The notes under the pieces are model-generated. The model ran no database searches, was not told the origin of the DNA, and saw only the letters and a program-made list of their open reading frames with translations. This document shows, one piece after another, positions 1 to 13,224 of a stretch of 64,000 nucleotides of DNA. The position numbers were made by a program, and so were the translations under genes. How positions within the stretch are numbered: the stretch's first letter is position 1; every line of letters begins with the position of its first letter. The DNA is taken from the NCBI GenBank assembly GCA_000708835.1, contig DF237047.1, positions 62,001-126,000 of the forward strand, read 5' to 3'. Source of the stretch: Klebsormidium nitens (Eukaryota; Plantae; Klebsormidiophyceae).

Positions 1-572
1 TTGGGGCGTGCTGTCACAGATAAGGGTAAATCTAGAGAGAGAAGCATATTGGAGAATAAGACAATCACACCACCATTTTCTCAACGCTTACAGGGGTAGT
101 CTCAGTTGTACGCAGCTGAGGGCCTGTCTGTAGGGTGACTGTATTAATCACCCCCTGATGATGATATATGCAACTCTGCGTTCCCTGGTCACAAAAAGAC
201 GTTGATTGGTTGAAGAGAATGTCGCTTCAAGGTTTGTTCAGCAGTTTCTGGAATCATCTAATCACTTGTGGGCCCCTTCCTTGCCAGGATCAAATGTCGT
301 TTTCAATAGAAAGTAGTTGTCATATCGTCGAAACCCGTGGATTTCGCACCGAATGCATTTCAGACTAGCGCTGCAGAATCTTGTCCCTGCTGTGGACTGG
401 CCGAGTACGAAGATTCTCGCTTCCTCTTTTGAGAAAACTTTTCTACCTGAACCTTGCACAAACCACCTTCGTGCTGATTGAGGTTCTTCCATTGAGAGGA
501 ACTTCTATTCTCGTCAGAAAGTTTCTGTCTGTTTGAGAACCTTCGTGCTCAGCATACTTCCATTTGTTTGCA

Positions 573-2686
573 GAAAAGTACCTGTTGTTGGGCCAGATCA
601 ATGAACAGCTGACCAAGTCGACGCGCCACCTCGCGGAGTTTATCGTGCTCGCGCGCAGCCTGAACCGCACTTTGGTTCTCCCTGAGGTCGGGGAAAGCGA
701 GATCGGGATGCAACGAAGCAAGCCCTTCTGTACATACTTTGACGTGCACCGCTTGGGACAGTTCGTGGACTGGGTAAGTCCCGAGCAATTCATCTACGAC
801 ACTCGGAGCAGGCTCAACAGCGGTCTCGACATGAGCACCGTCAGAAAGTTTTGGGCAGACGCGCGCAGCAAGGCCGTCCGCTTTGCGTTCGATGTCGAAT
901 GGCAACGGCCCGAGACACTTCCGTTAGGAGAGTACGACTGGCTAGAAGACGGCGTTTTAGAATCGGACCAGTTGCTGGGCCAGAACAAGCCCTCGGGGGG
1001 CGTACTCGTTCTCAAAGGGCCGGAGGACTTCTGCGGGCTGCGAGTGAAGCCGTTTCTCTGGTTTCGCATGCAACAGCTGTTAGACTCAGAAACGGTGATC
1101 TGTATAAACGAGCCGAAGTTTGGGGCGCCGGGGGCGCTCGACCGGTCGCTTGAGAGAGTCGTGGAGACTGCGGAAAGGTACCTCGGAGAGCTTGATGTGG
1201 TGGTCGGGGTTAAGAACCGGGCGTACAATCTGTTCTTCCCGAAGGAGGCGGTGAAAGAGGCGCTGCAGTATGTGCGACCGGCGCCCCAGGTGAGGGCCGA
1301 TTGTATCTCGCTCTAGTTTCTGCTCAAGGACGGCCGACTTCCTGAAAGCAATCCGAAGCTACTTAGGAGTTAGTCAGAAGATTTCAAGTTAAACGAAGCA
1401 CGTGGAAATCCACGTCTTGGCCTTCTGCTGGCTGTGTCTCGATCAGGAGATCAGAGAAGTATCCATCAGGCAAAAGACAGTTTGTTTTTCACCTGCTGTG
1501 TTCCAACCGTGGAATCACCGTTCTCAACCTTCTACTCGGATACCCTTCTTCCTATCCATCTCCCGGCAGAATACCGGATCTGAAGCTTCTCGCTGGCCGC
1601 CGAAAGCACGCAGCCAAACTCGTTCCTTCTCACCTTGAACAGATCCTGAAAAATGCGGGGCGGTTGAAAGAGTGGCTGGGGGAGCGGTATGTGGCGGTAC
1701 AGTGGCGAATAGAAAAGTGCCTCATGAGGGACGACTGCGACGAGGGGGTCCTCCGCAAGTGCAGCCAAGGTGAGACCGGATCATCCCCGGCGAAACGCCC
1801 GGTGCCTCCTCTTCTTCTGCATCGGCTGGTCGTGCGCTATCGAAACTTTGAATGTGACGACGGCCGGAGTAATGGAAGTGCCGAACTCGTGCACTGCCAA
1901 TGCGCGCAGCCTGAGGTTTTCAAGCGGACAACGGTCGAAAGCCTTGTCTCGTGAGGAAAAGCTAGCGCTCAGAGCAGAAAGTTTTGAGCAGAGCAGCAAC
2001 GAAGTGTGATGAGCAGTTGTGGCTTTGAGGTTCTTTCTCGTCGAGCTCCGCAGCTTCAGCAGTCTTGTGTTCACGGGCGATTGTTATGCCTTCCGCTTGA
2101 TCTAGCTGTCCCTTTCAGCTCATGGCGCCACCGTGTTCGTCAGACAGCTTTGCTTTCGCAGAAAAGTTCGCTTCTTGAGACGATCACTGCACACGCGTCT
2201 CGGAATCTGTTCTGGTCGCCTTCTCAGAATGAAAGGGGTCGAAAGCTTCAACCGGTTCTTTACAACTTTTCCTCTGCTTTGCGTCCAGGGCTTTTATCCA
2301 CAGTGCACAAGCGGCTGGCCGCCCTGGGGGCGACACGTGTCTTCTTTGCGTCGGATGCGCCGACGAAGAACGGCACGCTCCGCTCGCACTCGTACATGAT
2401 GCTGAAAGACCCGGAAAAGAAAATGAGAATGGCTAGCGATGCCGCAGCTCATGTTCTCTCGGATCTTGAAGCGGCAACTTGGGAGATGTTTGACCAGACT
2501 GTTCTGAATATTGATGCTGGTATCCAGGGGATACTAGATAAAAACATATGCATGGATGCGGAGGCGTTTATTGTGGCGCCGGATGAGTGCATCAGAGAGT
2601 CAAGCGCGTTTGCGACTAGCATCGTCAAAGCTAGGGAAGAAATGGGAAAGGTACCTGGGATGGAGACGTGGGCCCTTGCACATTAG
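573..2686 (+). CDS. GDP-fucose protein O-fucosyltransferase-like glycosyltransferase (5' exon not identified)
   Basis: Exons 573-1289, 1643-1769, 2289-2686 join in frame at GT-AG junctions. N-terminal 'KYLLLGQINEQL...LARSLNRTLVLP', central 'YVAVQWRIE', 'VFFASD' and C-terminal 'GILDKNICMDAEAFI...SSAF' resemble the O-FucT family layout. The first exon starts at an acceptor (ttgcag 567-572), so the true start is upstream. Confidence 0.75.
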
Positions 2687-4018
2687 AAAGAAGAGGTCTC
2701 GTCCATATGAGTTGACTCAATTACCCCGACTGTACTAATTGTACATGACCGTTACTGTCACTAGCCTAGACCGAAGTCCATGACATATTGACTGCTGGAG
2801 ACTGCAAATCGGTTCGGAGGTCGACAAGTTGACACCGCGTACGAGCCTGCGAGACATGTCTGATGCCTTTCGGATCACAGTAATCGCACCCAGTCAAATT
2901 GTGCCATGATTGCATTATATCATGCTGCATACATATGATTCATGGGAGCACTGATTGAGTTCTTTTGGCTAGGTACGCATGGATTAATTCTGTGATATGC
3001 ATGCATGGCCCCGCGGGCCACCGAGGTTCTGATGGTGGCACTAGGTATACCCGGCCGCCGCGAGCTGCAGCATTTATGAGCCTGGCCGCGAGCGATTTTT
3101 CGAAAACGTGCAGGATCATGTGCACATGAAATGCAGTCGATCACAGGTGGATCATAAACTCAATCATGGGGGCCGTAGTTGGTGATTGCAGGCCGGCGGC
3201 GGCGCTGTCTAGCCACGTACAGCCTGCATGGCTTAGCTATAGATTGCCCTGTAAGTAAGTTCGCAATAAACATAGAGCGCGCGGCCCGATACATACATTC
3301 ACATGGGTATGAACCAATACAACATGAAAGCTCCGCGAAATATGCGCATTCAATGAGATGCAAGCAAGCCTGTTCAACGGTTGCAGATGCGCGCTATATA
3401 CTTGCGCAGGCTCATACTAGCGCACTGCACCTGATTGATCGACCGTGCATGCACGGTTGGTCCAAATTCAATTGACCTCGACGTCTGCCCAAATGCCCCA
3501 TGCATCCCGCAGAGCACGCACACTGAGAGACCTGGCCTGTGGGTGCAACGTGCACGAAACGTGGTACGTGATACTTTCCAAAAGAATGGGAGCTGCGCTC
3601 TCGCTTAGAGCGGCACCAGATGTTGCTGATTGGCCCGCCCAAGAAGCTCTCTCGCCGTCGGCCACCATTGAAATGAAGTTCTCTTGTCCCCCCCTCAGCA
3701 TGAGAGAAAAGACGCTTATGATACTGATCTCGTCGCCTCGCTAGGCACGTTCAGACCCCGACGCCCGTCTCCCCACCCCCCCGGGTGCCGTCGCAACGCA
3801 CCAACAATTCCGAGCCGCCGTTTCTAGTCCCGTCTCCAGAGCTGCGGCAAACAGCTGTTTGCGGTAGCCAAACACACCTCAGCGTGCTACTTTCCGCCAC
3901 CAACGAAAATCCCTCCACTAGAAATATATCGCGTGCACGCAATATTCCCACTCGAAACCGGAACACTTCACTGACCCACCGCCTAAGCGGAGCCGCATCG
4001 TCACCCCCCTCTCGCGCA

Positions 4019-7000
4019 TCATGCTTCTTGCCCCACGACCCCCTCCCCTTCCTTCGGCTCTTCCGGCCCCCCCTTTTCGGCGACCTCGCTCTGCTGCCCC
4101 GCCTCTGCCTGGTCGCCCTTTTTCGTCCCCCGCGGCCGCCGCGACTTCCACACCTTCTTCGGCGAGTCCTTCCCCAGCTCCGTCAAGCTCTTCAACCGCT
4201 TCCGGGGGGGCACTTTCGCCCCGCGCGCCTCCCCCCCGGGAACGGGCTCGTCGTCGTCCGTCGCCTCATCGTCCGTTTCCTGCTTCTCCCCCCCCCTCTC
4301 CCGCTTCCCTTTCTTCCCCTCTGGATCTTCCATATCCGACCCCCCCATTTCGGGAGCAGGGGATCCCCGCACACTACTCCTGCTCCCGCGGCGGGCCGGG
4401 GGCGGAGGGGAGGGCGCCGGAACGGGGGGCTTACTAGATCGGAGGGCTTCCTGTAAGCGCTTTTGGATGACTTCCACCTCTCTACGGCCCTCCTTTGATT
4501 CCTTTCCGATGCGCTCCGCAATCTGCTGCCATGATTGCTTCTGGCGCTTTTCGGCCGCGAGCTCCGTCTGGGCCTCCGCCAGCTGCCACGTGGCAACCCG
4601 ACGTGTTAGGGGACGACATATGGGAGGCACTCCCTTGTTTGAACAAACGTCTGCTCATCCGGACGCACTCAGCACCTTCGCTGATAGTCGAAGAAAGCGG
4701 CATCTATTGAAGATCAGCGTTCAAAATAAAGTTTCGCTGTAATGGAGAGGAGCTATTCGTGCAGCGCGAGGTTTGTTAGCGAAATCTCCATACGGAAGAA
4801 TGGGGAAGATGCGAAAATTCTATCCAAACGACCTCCCCATACCAGCAACTCTTCATCACAAGTCCTAACCTTCGTGTCGTATCATCCTCAGCATTGATCA
4901 CGAGCCCGTCAAACAACCACTCGGCCAAAATGTGCGCTTGCATCTGCTTTGATGGTGACGTAAGCTGACCATTAGCAGACCTGTGCGTCCTTCTGCCATC
5001 TTTCCGACCGTTAGTCGACCCCTCGACGCTTCCCAATCCCGCCGTTTTCCCAGTTCCGCAAGACCAGTCCGTCTCAAACGCATTCCTGTCATCCGACATT
5101 CCGTTTCCTGCACGTTCCTTAGATCCGACTTTCCTTTTCCCGAAAACGTTCACAACCAACCGAAGTTCCCTCACCTTCGCCTGATCCGCAGCGCGCGCCG
5201 CTGCGGCCTCCTCCCCGGCGCGCTTCAGTTCCTTCTCTAGTTCCTCAACCCGCACCAGCCACTGTCCGTTCGCGCCCCGTGCAAACTCGGCGCGCACCGC
5301 GCTCAGCTCGCGCGCCCTTCGCGCCTTCTCGTCGTTGAGATCGCGCGCTAGTTGCCCCGTCATGTTCTGCCACATGACGCGCGCCTTTTTCTCCGCGTCT
5401 AGTTCCTTGCGCAGCCGCACCGCCTCCTGGACCCACTCCACGCCCGCGGCCTCGCCCTCGGTGATCATCTGGGGGCCAAGTTTTTGGGTTAGTGAAAACA
5501 ATGTTTCGAGGAATAGTTGGATCCTGCCTGCGGCCTCGCCCTCGGATATTATCTGGGGGGTCAAGATTTCGGGTTAGTAGAAACCGCTTTTTGGACAAAT
5601 GATTGGATCTTGCTCCCGGCCTCGCCGTCGGGGATCATCTGGGGGTTCGAATTTTTGGGTAGCGAATCGATGGTCGGAGGGATGATTGTATCTTGGCCGC
5701 AGCATCACCCTTATCAATCACCTGGCGGGTCAAGTTCCTGGATTAGTGAACACAATGTTCGGAGGAACAGTTGAATCTTGCCCGCGACCTCGCCCTTGAT
5801 TTAACCTGTGGGGGATCACGATTTGGGTTAGTGAAAACGATGTTCTGAAGGGACGATTTGATCATGCCCGCAGCCCCGCCCTCTATGATTATCTGGAGAA
5901 ACGAAAGTTCGAGTCAGGCAAACGACCATCGAAGGATGCTCAGAGGAGCATGCTCTATTCTTGCCGCAAATTGACGACTTAGTACCAAGTATTTGCAATA
6001 GACTACAGGACTCTCGGAACACCGCCGAAGTGTACTGCGGAAACAACTACGAAGTCTTGCAAATGGAAAGTTGAAAGCAACGCCCTCCCTCTTATCACCC
6101 CCGTCTTCCACCATGCTTCTCTAAACTGGTTGGTTTTTAAGCTCAGGTTATGGTACAAACGAAGCTAACACTGAACGCCTAAACCCAATTTAGACCCGCT
6201 CCGCACCTGTACCCAACTTAACTCCCATACTAACCCATCCGTACCAGTACTAAAACTCGAGCTTACGAGACCTTTTCTAGAGAACCATAGAGAAGCATCC
6301 CCTGTCGTCCACCCCCCCCACCTGTGCATCTGCCGCCTTGTCTTCCTCCAGCTCTCGGTACGCCTGCCTCTCCTCCTCTAGTTCTCTCTCCAGCCGCCCC
6401 GCCCGCTCGCCGGCGGCCGCCGCCGCCCCCCGCAGCTTCTCGACCTCGTCGAACGCTGCTTTGAGACGCGCTTCGAGAGCTCCAAGCTTGGCTTGCATCG
6501 CCTGCAGGTGGATCACATAATCACGAAATGTTTGAAGGACGATTGAGGGACGATGCAGGTTCGAAGTGCTGATTCGGTCCAGATTCTGACACCAGAAAAT
6601 GGGCGCTCTCAATCTCTCGTTCATCCCGGGTTTGTTCCCGGGTTTATTCACCCTCAATAGCTGTCCTCCCAGTTTTTGCAGACTCCCGGCGCAGGCTTGC
6701 AGACTGGATCCTCATCAATCGATTCAGACATAGTTCCTGCGACTCGAGCATTGTCAGGCTGTGGCAATCCTCTTGCCTGGTTCTTGCGCCGGCTGTCTTC
6801 CACGGCAGCTTTGAGCGCCTTTTCTTGGACCCGCCAATGAGACTCCCAGGCAGCGACAGACTCGCGCTCTTGCGCACGCTTTGCGTCGAGCTCCTGTAAC
6901 GAGGCGAGAGGAGGATCCTCGATCAGCATACAGAGAGAAAGTCACATTCTCTGAAGCCGTTGGGCGCGCTTCGTGTAGGGCTCTTGCCAGGGGTGAGAAG

Positions 7001-8560
7001 TTCAAACCCTCTTTCTAACAGTGAAATCAAAGCATCAGAGTACCCTAGTACATACATATGCAAGGGGGACAAAGATCCATGCCCTCTGCACAGGGGAAGG
7101 GGGGGGTATGTTCGTTGCTTTTAACTGTAGAATGATCCCTTCAACTCGAAACAGCCTCACTACTGAGTGAATGGAACTTATTTTACAATGAGGCTACTCA
7201 CTTGGCAGCTAATGCCCTTGAGCTGTCATTTCAAGAGGACTCTGAGGAAACTTAAATTAGGGATGCTGCATCAGAACGACACAGGTCAACCTAGCAGAGT
7301 CGAACGTGTGCTACTGATCTGGGAAAGGCGTTCGAAATCGAAAGATTAGCCTAAGAAGGAAGATTGGAAATCTGTGCTGACAACGAGGGAATGCACTGGA
7401 AAGTTATCGAAGGCCACAGACTTTAACCCTCACCTGGAAGTGCGCCCTGTCCTTTTTCTCCTTGGCCAATTCCTTCTCGAGCGCCGCTTTCTCTTTCAGC
7501 ACCTTGCCCAGCTGCGCATCAACTTCCTTCAGCTTCTTCTCCGCAGTCTTGGCCCGCGCTTCGGTGTCAATCTTTGCGCCCTCCGTTCGTTTGAAGTCCT
7601 GAGATGGAGGGGGGATAAAAAACGTCATACACAGCTCAGCACAACGGGCTTCGCTGAAGGCTGACGATGTGACTGCTTCAACAGGTTTTGCCCCTCCACT
7701 GACTTGAGATCACTGCATTGAAAAGGAAAAACACCGTATTACGGGTGTTGGGTTGTTTTGGCGGTGCCTTCAGGACTATTGAAGTCGTTAGAACTTATCC
7801 ACCCACGAGAAGGTTCTGTGATGGTCAAAATTTAAGCGGCAAGTGGTTTCCAAATCTCTGAACACAGTTAGTTCCTCAATGGCTGCAACAATGTGATAGG
7901 TAAGACCACGTTGCGCCCTTTGTCGTGACCAACTTTCTTGAAAACTTGGCGTAACCTGTTGCCTCAGTCTATGCTCGACGGAACACAACGACCCTGCCTG
8001 GCGATGGTTAAAGCAAGCAAGAAACGACTTCAAGATGGTAAATCTTCAAAGATGTTTCATTCACGACGGGCTCTCCTGCATGATCCAGCCGAACAGCATC
8101 CGGAAGCAGTCAATGATATCACCCGGCAACCGGAAGTCCTGATAAATCAAGGACTTTCCAATCTGATGCCAAAAGGCACTGAGAGGGGAGCCAAGTCATA
8201 AGTGCTCACCGGAGGCATATGCCCCAACGTCGCCTGCATCTGCTGCGCGGCGATAACCGGCTGAGCCCTCACGGGCGGGGCGGGCGGGATCGCATACCCC
8301 GAATACGGGTCCTCCTGGAACAGCTCCGCGACGTTCTGCCCCTGCGCGTATTGGAGCTCGGCAATCTGCGCAGTGTTGGCGTAACCCTGGTTGGCTAGAT
8401 ACTGCTCAGGCGACTGGGCGGACGGCTTGCCGGCAGTCCCGTCTGAGGTCAGGTAAGTGTTCGTGACATCAGCGGTGACTTCAGCTGGGGCGGCCCGCTG
8501 GGCATCGATCTCGCCCGGGCTTGCAACGGGCGGCTCTTGGATGTAATAGTTGGCGTCCAT
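4019..8560 (-). CDS. Orphan coiled-coil protein (~556 aa) with Pro/Gln-rich N-terminus and Lys/Glu/Pro-rich disordered C-terminus
   Basis: Exons 8560-8210, 7598-7434, 6893-6777 (GC donor), 6501-6322, 5468-5175, 4582-4019. All lengths are multiples of 3 and all introns are phase 0. Internal exons encode E/K/A/R-rich heptad-like helices. No family recognised. Confidence 0.65.
5443..5935 (-). repeat. Degenerate ~85-bp tandem array (6 copies) of branch point + acceptor + exon start
   Basis: Units start at 5443, 5527, 5613, 5696, 5781, 5867 on the + strand. On the - strand the best-preserved units read ...CTAAC...CCCCCAG|AT(G/A)AT..CGAGGGCGAGGCCGC. Confidence 0.85.
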
Positions 8561-9556
8561 GGTCGCAAAAAGTAAACTGCCTACGCCCTAATGGGGCCAC
8601 AGATCAAACGGCACTCACAAATTTCGGGTGCCATAAGCGACCCTCGCAGGCACCATCACCCCAAAACCCTCGCCATCTACTTTCACTGTCAGTGCTACTT
8701 TGTCCACTTCAGCCTTATGAACGAATTGATTCTGGAGCGCCCATGAACAGGAAATACTGAACAGATTGAATTTGAAAATGAACTGCCTGGAGCCTGGCCC
8801 GCAGGCGCGGCTGGCGCGGCTGGCGCGGCGCGGCCGCCACTTTTTGCACTTCCAGGACAAAAACGCGCGGTTTGCTGTCCCACATGTCCCCAGCTCTAGT
8901 TGGGACTTGGCCTCAAGCCAAGTGGATGTATATAGGCGACCATCCGCCGTCGGATGTGACCGGTAAGCTATCCGAGCGAGCTTGCTGAAAAGGAGCACTG
9001 CAGGCAGCAGACCGTTCGATGTGAGATTCTAAGCGTCCAGCGCGGTCGATAAAGGCAGCATTCAGTTTGCTGCATGCCAAGTCAGCAGGTGCCATGTCAG
9101 CACGATATTCATGTTCTATAATTATTGACGCGGGCAGAACCACGAACCAGGAAGGCCAGCTTGACCCAGCTGGTTAAGAAGAACCGGCCAATTCAGAGCC
9201 GGTCGGTTCAGGAACATTTTCCGCACGCTTTGAAGCTGGAACTGTCAGATTTCCTATTTGAACCGGCCGAGTCGCCGACTGACTTTTTGCATAACCACCG
9301 ACTGCTCTTAAGTTTACCCGTTTTCAAACCGTTGCGTGGTTTAGACGCGTGAGGGAGGGGAAGAGAACCAGCAATGGTGCAGCACTGCATTTCAAGAAAT
9401 GGTGCCATTGCGGCGCTGGCAGATACTTCCTTCTGTAAAAATCCAATCTCCTTGGAAAGACGCTCTTCAAAGCAACTTCTCACGAGTTTCCAGCACCTCA
9501 GAGGCGCAATTCCTTCTTTTCGCACTTCCTTCGAAACTATTTTATCAGCTTGCAAG

Positions 9557-12165
9557 ATGTTGGCGGTGTTTGAGCAAGCCATCGCGCACGCCCCTGCAGG
9601 GCTGGACGCCCGTGTCCATCTGCAGGGGACGACGAGCGCAAAGAATCAGGAGCTGACAGGCATGTCTGGAATGGAGATGCTGAATGCATTCAAGGAAAGA
9701 CAAGTTGCAGTGCACTTTGGGCAGGGGTCTGGCTTGGCATACAGTTTGGACTATCAGAAGGAACTTCTTCGACCAAGGTTAGTGGTGGAGGCTTAAGCAC
9801 TTGAGTAAACTTTCATTGATTCGTGGTTTGGTTCTTGCTTGCAATTATGCCCTGAAGGCTCACAAAGTCGCCTGACGCATGGAGTCACACTGGCACTGCA
9901 AAGGCTCCTTTAGTGTACAGGTTTGCCATTTGAGTTGGCAGTGAGGGTGTTGTGTTGAAAGACTTTAGTAGTGACTGATGTTTGAGCCGAAAGGGTTGAC
10001 TGTGCTTTCAGACCAGCTCCAATGTTTCCCCAAGCAGGGGCACAGAACTCCCAATATTGCGGTGGTCATACTCTCCATCTTTTGAATGGAAGACTTCGTG
10101 TCCCCAGTGGCTTAGGAGAACTGTTTGAACTAGCTTTTTTCACATTGAAAGGTTGGGCACAATCTATTCAGTGTCTGATTGTGGTTATCAAGCTTTCTGG
10201 GCTTTTAATCAGGAAAAGTTTATGCATGATTGAGAAGTAGTAGATAAAACCCTTGAGGAATGAGAATACAAGGTGGTCAAATGATATCTGCCGCAAGTGA
10301 GCAGACGGCATGCTTAAGGTACTGCTTGCAGATATTTTTTTGAGTCTGTCAAGAGTTATTACTCTCATTGGAAGTAGTAGTCTGCCAATAACAGGTGGGG
10401 CCGCCGCATAACCACCTCTGCCTACTGGACTGGGAAATGTATCTAGCCTTTGCGACGACCGTCAGATATGCAGATTCTGACGAATGCAGCCATGTCCACC
10501 AACCCCTGTCCTTTCTGGCTACTGTAATCATTGGCGAGTCTGGCTACATAAAACTTGTCCTGCTGGCTCCCTGTGTTCATACAAGTCTTTCAACTATGTG
10601 CAGGGCCCTTGCAAGCCATGTTCTGTTACCATTACACCTATCTGCAACTCTTCAGCCACGTCTAGAATCAGAGTTCCCGTTTCTTCTGCAAAGCTTGTTC
10701 ATGCTACTCTACTGTATTCTTGCAGGGCCTTTGTGAGTCAGGAGAATGTCTTCCTCCTCTTCAAGGGCCACCTTTCCAACATGAATCAGCTGCGGCAAAT
10801 GTATGGCATTACCAAGGCCGTTACGGAGGAGCTGCTAATCATCGAGGTGTACAAGGCGCTGCGCGACAGGGCTCCTTACCCGGCTGACGTGGCAGTAAAG
10901 CACCTGGAGGGCGCCTTTGGGTTCGTCCTGTTTGACCAGAACAATAGCACCATTTTTGCAGCAACGGTGAGCCCTCAAATACACCATTTCTATAAGTCGG
11001 TTTTTAAATGTTTGTTCTTTCCTGTGGAACAAAGATCATTGTAGCAGATCTATGACTGTACTTTATCGGGTCAAAACAATATAGTCAATTGACAATATTC
11101 AAAGGAATGTAAAAGGGGCCAAGATCTATTCAGAGTTTGCCTCATCTTTCCAATGCACAGGCAGTGTTAACTCCTCGTTAGTGCATTCAATAAGACATGA
11201 TTTTAAGACACGACTCAGAGCACGTTGGGAGTGTTCAGACAGCAAGATCAGACTGCTGTTCTTTATGTTCCGATTAAACGAGTATCCTGTTCCTTACAAT
11301 CAGAAGCGTTGTTCTGCCATTCGGAGAGTGAGGTCACGGGTCCAGCAGTCCTTACATAGACCTGGCTGCTTCAAACGGAAAATGAGCAACACCAAACGTC
11401 ACTCTGAATTTTAGCGTTGCCATTTCGTCACAACGGAGATCGTCCGTTGCTCTGCAGGACGCTCGCAACGGCGTTGGCATGCATTGGGGCACTGCCACGG
11501 ATGGAAGCTTAGTGTTTGCGGACAGTAAGGAGCTCATCAAAGGGTGCGGAACGTCCGCTGCGCCCTTCCCGAACGGTGAGTCTTTCCTCAATGGAAACTT
11601 TCAGTAAATGATTGACATACACCAAAAGAGTAATTCAGATTGAAACATATGCGACTTCGGAGATTGAGTTTTAGCAATTTCGAGAAGTATCATGGATTTG
11701 CAGATTCTATAATGCCTGCTGGATTGCGGTGAGGTCAGATTAGAGCTTGAAGCCCGAAGGTCAGTAGCTCAGGCAGCAAACTCTTGCTTTGTTTATCATG
11801 CCGTTCATGTCGTGACATATTCGGACGTCGCTGAATGTCGAAGTTGTGATGAACAGAACGAGGCTTCTTCAATCTGCTAAGTTACCCAGCGTAAGCAGCT
11901 TCTGTATCACCACTTCATTGTTACGTCGATACCGAACAAGCCAGTCTGCCTTCATCCAGGATTCTACTTCTCCAACTTCGAGCGGGGTCTTGTTAACTAC
12001 GAGAAGCCCAACCACAGCGTTAAAGCCGTCCCCCACGTCAACAGCTCCGGTCAATTGTGTGGGGCATTCTTCAAGGTCGACAGCCAAGCACAGATGGAGA
12101 ACGCCATAAAGAGCGGTATGCATCAAGTAGGAAGCGAAATGGAGATTAACCCGTGGCAGTATTAG
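9557..12165 (+). CDS. Wali7/TSJT1-like aluminium-induced protein (DUF3700, Ntn-hydrolase-like fold)
   Basis: Exons 9557-9777, 10726-10966, 11458-11575, 11960-12165 are in frame. Motifs 'MLAVF..AIAHAP', 'VIEVYKALRDRAPYPAD'-like LRDR box, 'GAFGFVLFD', 'WGTATDGSLVF', 'SAAPFPNG' and 'PHVNSSGQLCGAFFKVD' match the family. Confidence 0.9.
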
Positions 12166-13224
12166 CTGTATATAGTGGCCCGCACTAACCATGCTGGAAC
12201 CAGGTTTCGGAATCGATTTGGCGACAGTTGTATAGGTCGCCTTGTAGAAAGAGAGGAGTCCCGGCCAGTCAAATACATTCAACAGATCAAGATGCCCCGA
12301 CCGTCAGAGTCGTAGAAAGATGCTTATTGTTTTCAAACCGGAGAATTTGAACGCGGACTATAAGCCTGCGTAAGCTGAGGGTCACGTGTGCTTGCGTGCT
12401 TCCCAATCGCCCACAGAGCTTGGTGATCGCCTCCGACACACTTTGTACAGCGCTAACAAATATTTTGTTGAGTCGATCATCATACCGGCCGCGTCCCCAT
12501 TCGACTTTGTTTCGCGTTACTCACCAGCTTCCTGTATTGAACTTTCATAACATTTCATGCGATCCACACAGATGCGTTTGTACTTATGAGTACGGTGCAC
12601 AGGTGCACATGTTTTGATTTAGCAACCGCCAATCGGCGCTTTGCCAGACCGAGTGGTCGTTTAGTGCATGAGGCTTTGACCGCTTCTGACCAATCATCAT
12701 TGCGGCAGAACCTTATATGATAAGATCCGCGATCCAGCTATAGGTACAAATATGAAGCCTCGGGGCCATGCATGCACGTACGCGTTGTGACTTGCAGATA
12801 TATAAGTCTCAGTCGCACGATATGTTTCCCTGCATAGCGAGCAGTCTCTCAAACGCAGCTATAGATAGTTAGATTCAGATTTATTGTTTATACGTGCCGG
12901 CATGAGCATGGGGTCGTGTTTCATATAAGGCCGTATAGCTAATGCAGCCGTTTATGCTATTCGTGCCAGACCAAAGTATTCAGAAATTTGCATAAGCGTG
13001 ATCGCTTGATTTCTTTGATGCACTGTTCCGAGTTTGTGCCGGACAGAGCTTTTAACCAAGATGTTCAGGAATCACAGTAATCTCCGTGTTACGTAGACTC
13101 ACTTCTGTGAGAGTGGAAAGCTTTGAAATACATCTATACAGCATATAAATGCATATGATTATGCTTCGAGCACGCTCGCACAATATGATAGCATCGTCCT
13201 ATTTACACAGACTACGAGCCTTCA

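Noticed and set aside
5443-5935. Repeat-spacer appearance suggestive of a CRISPR array
   Set aside because: The whole unit is homologous and degenerate, it derives from a splice junction, and there are no cas genes in this eukaryotic context.
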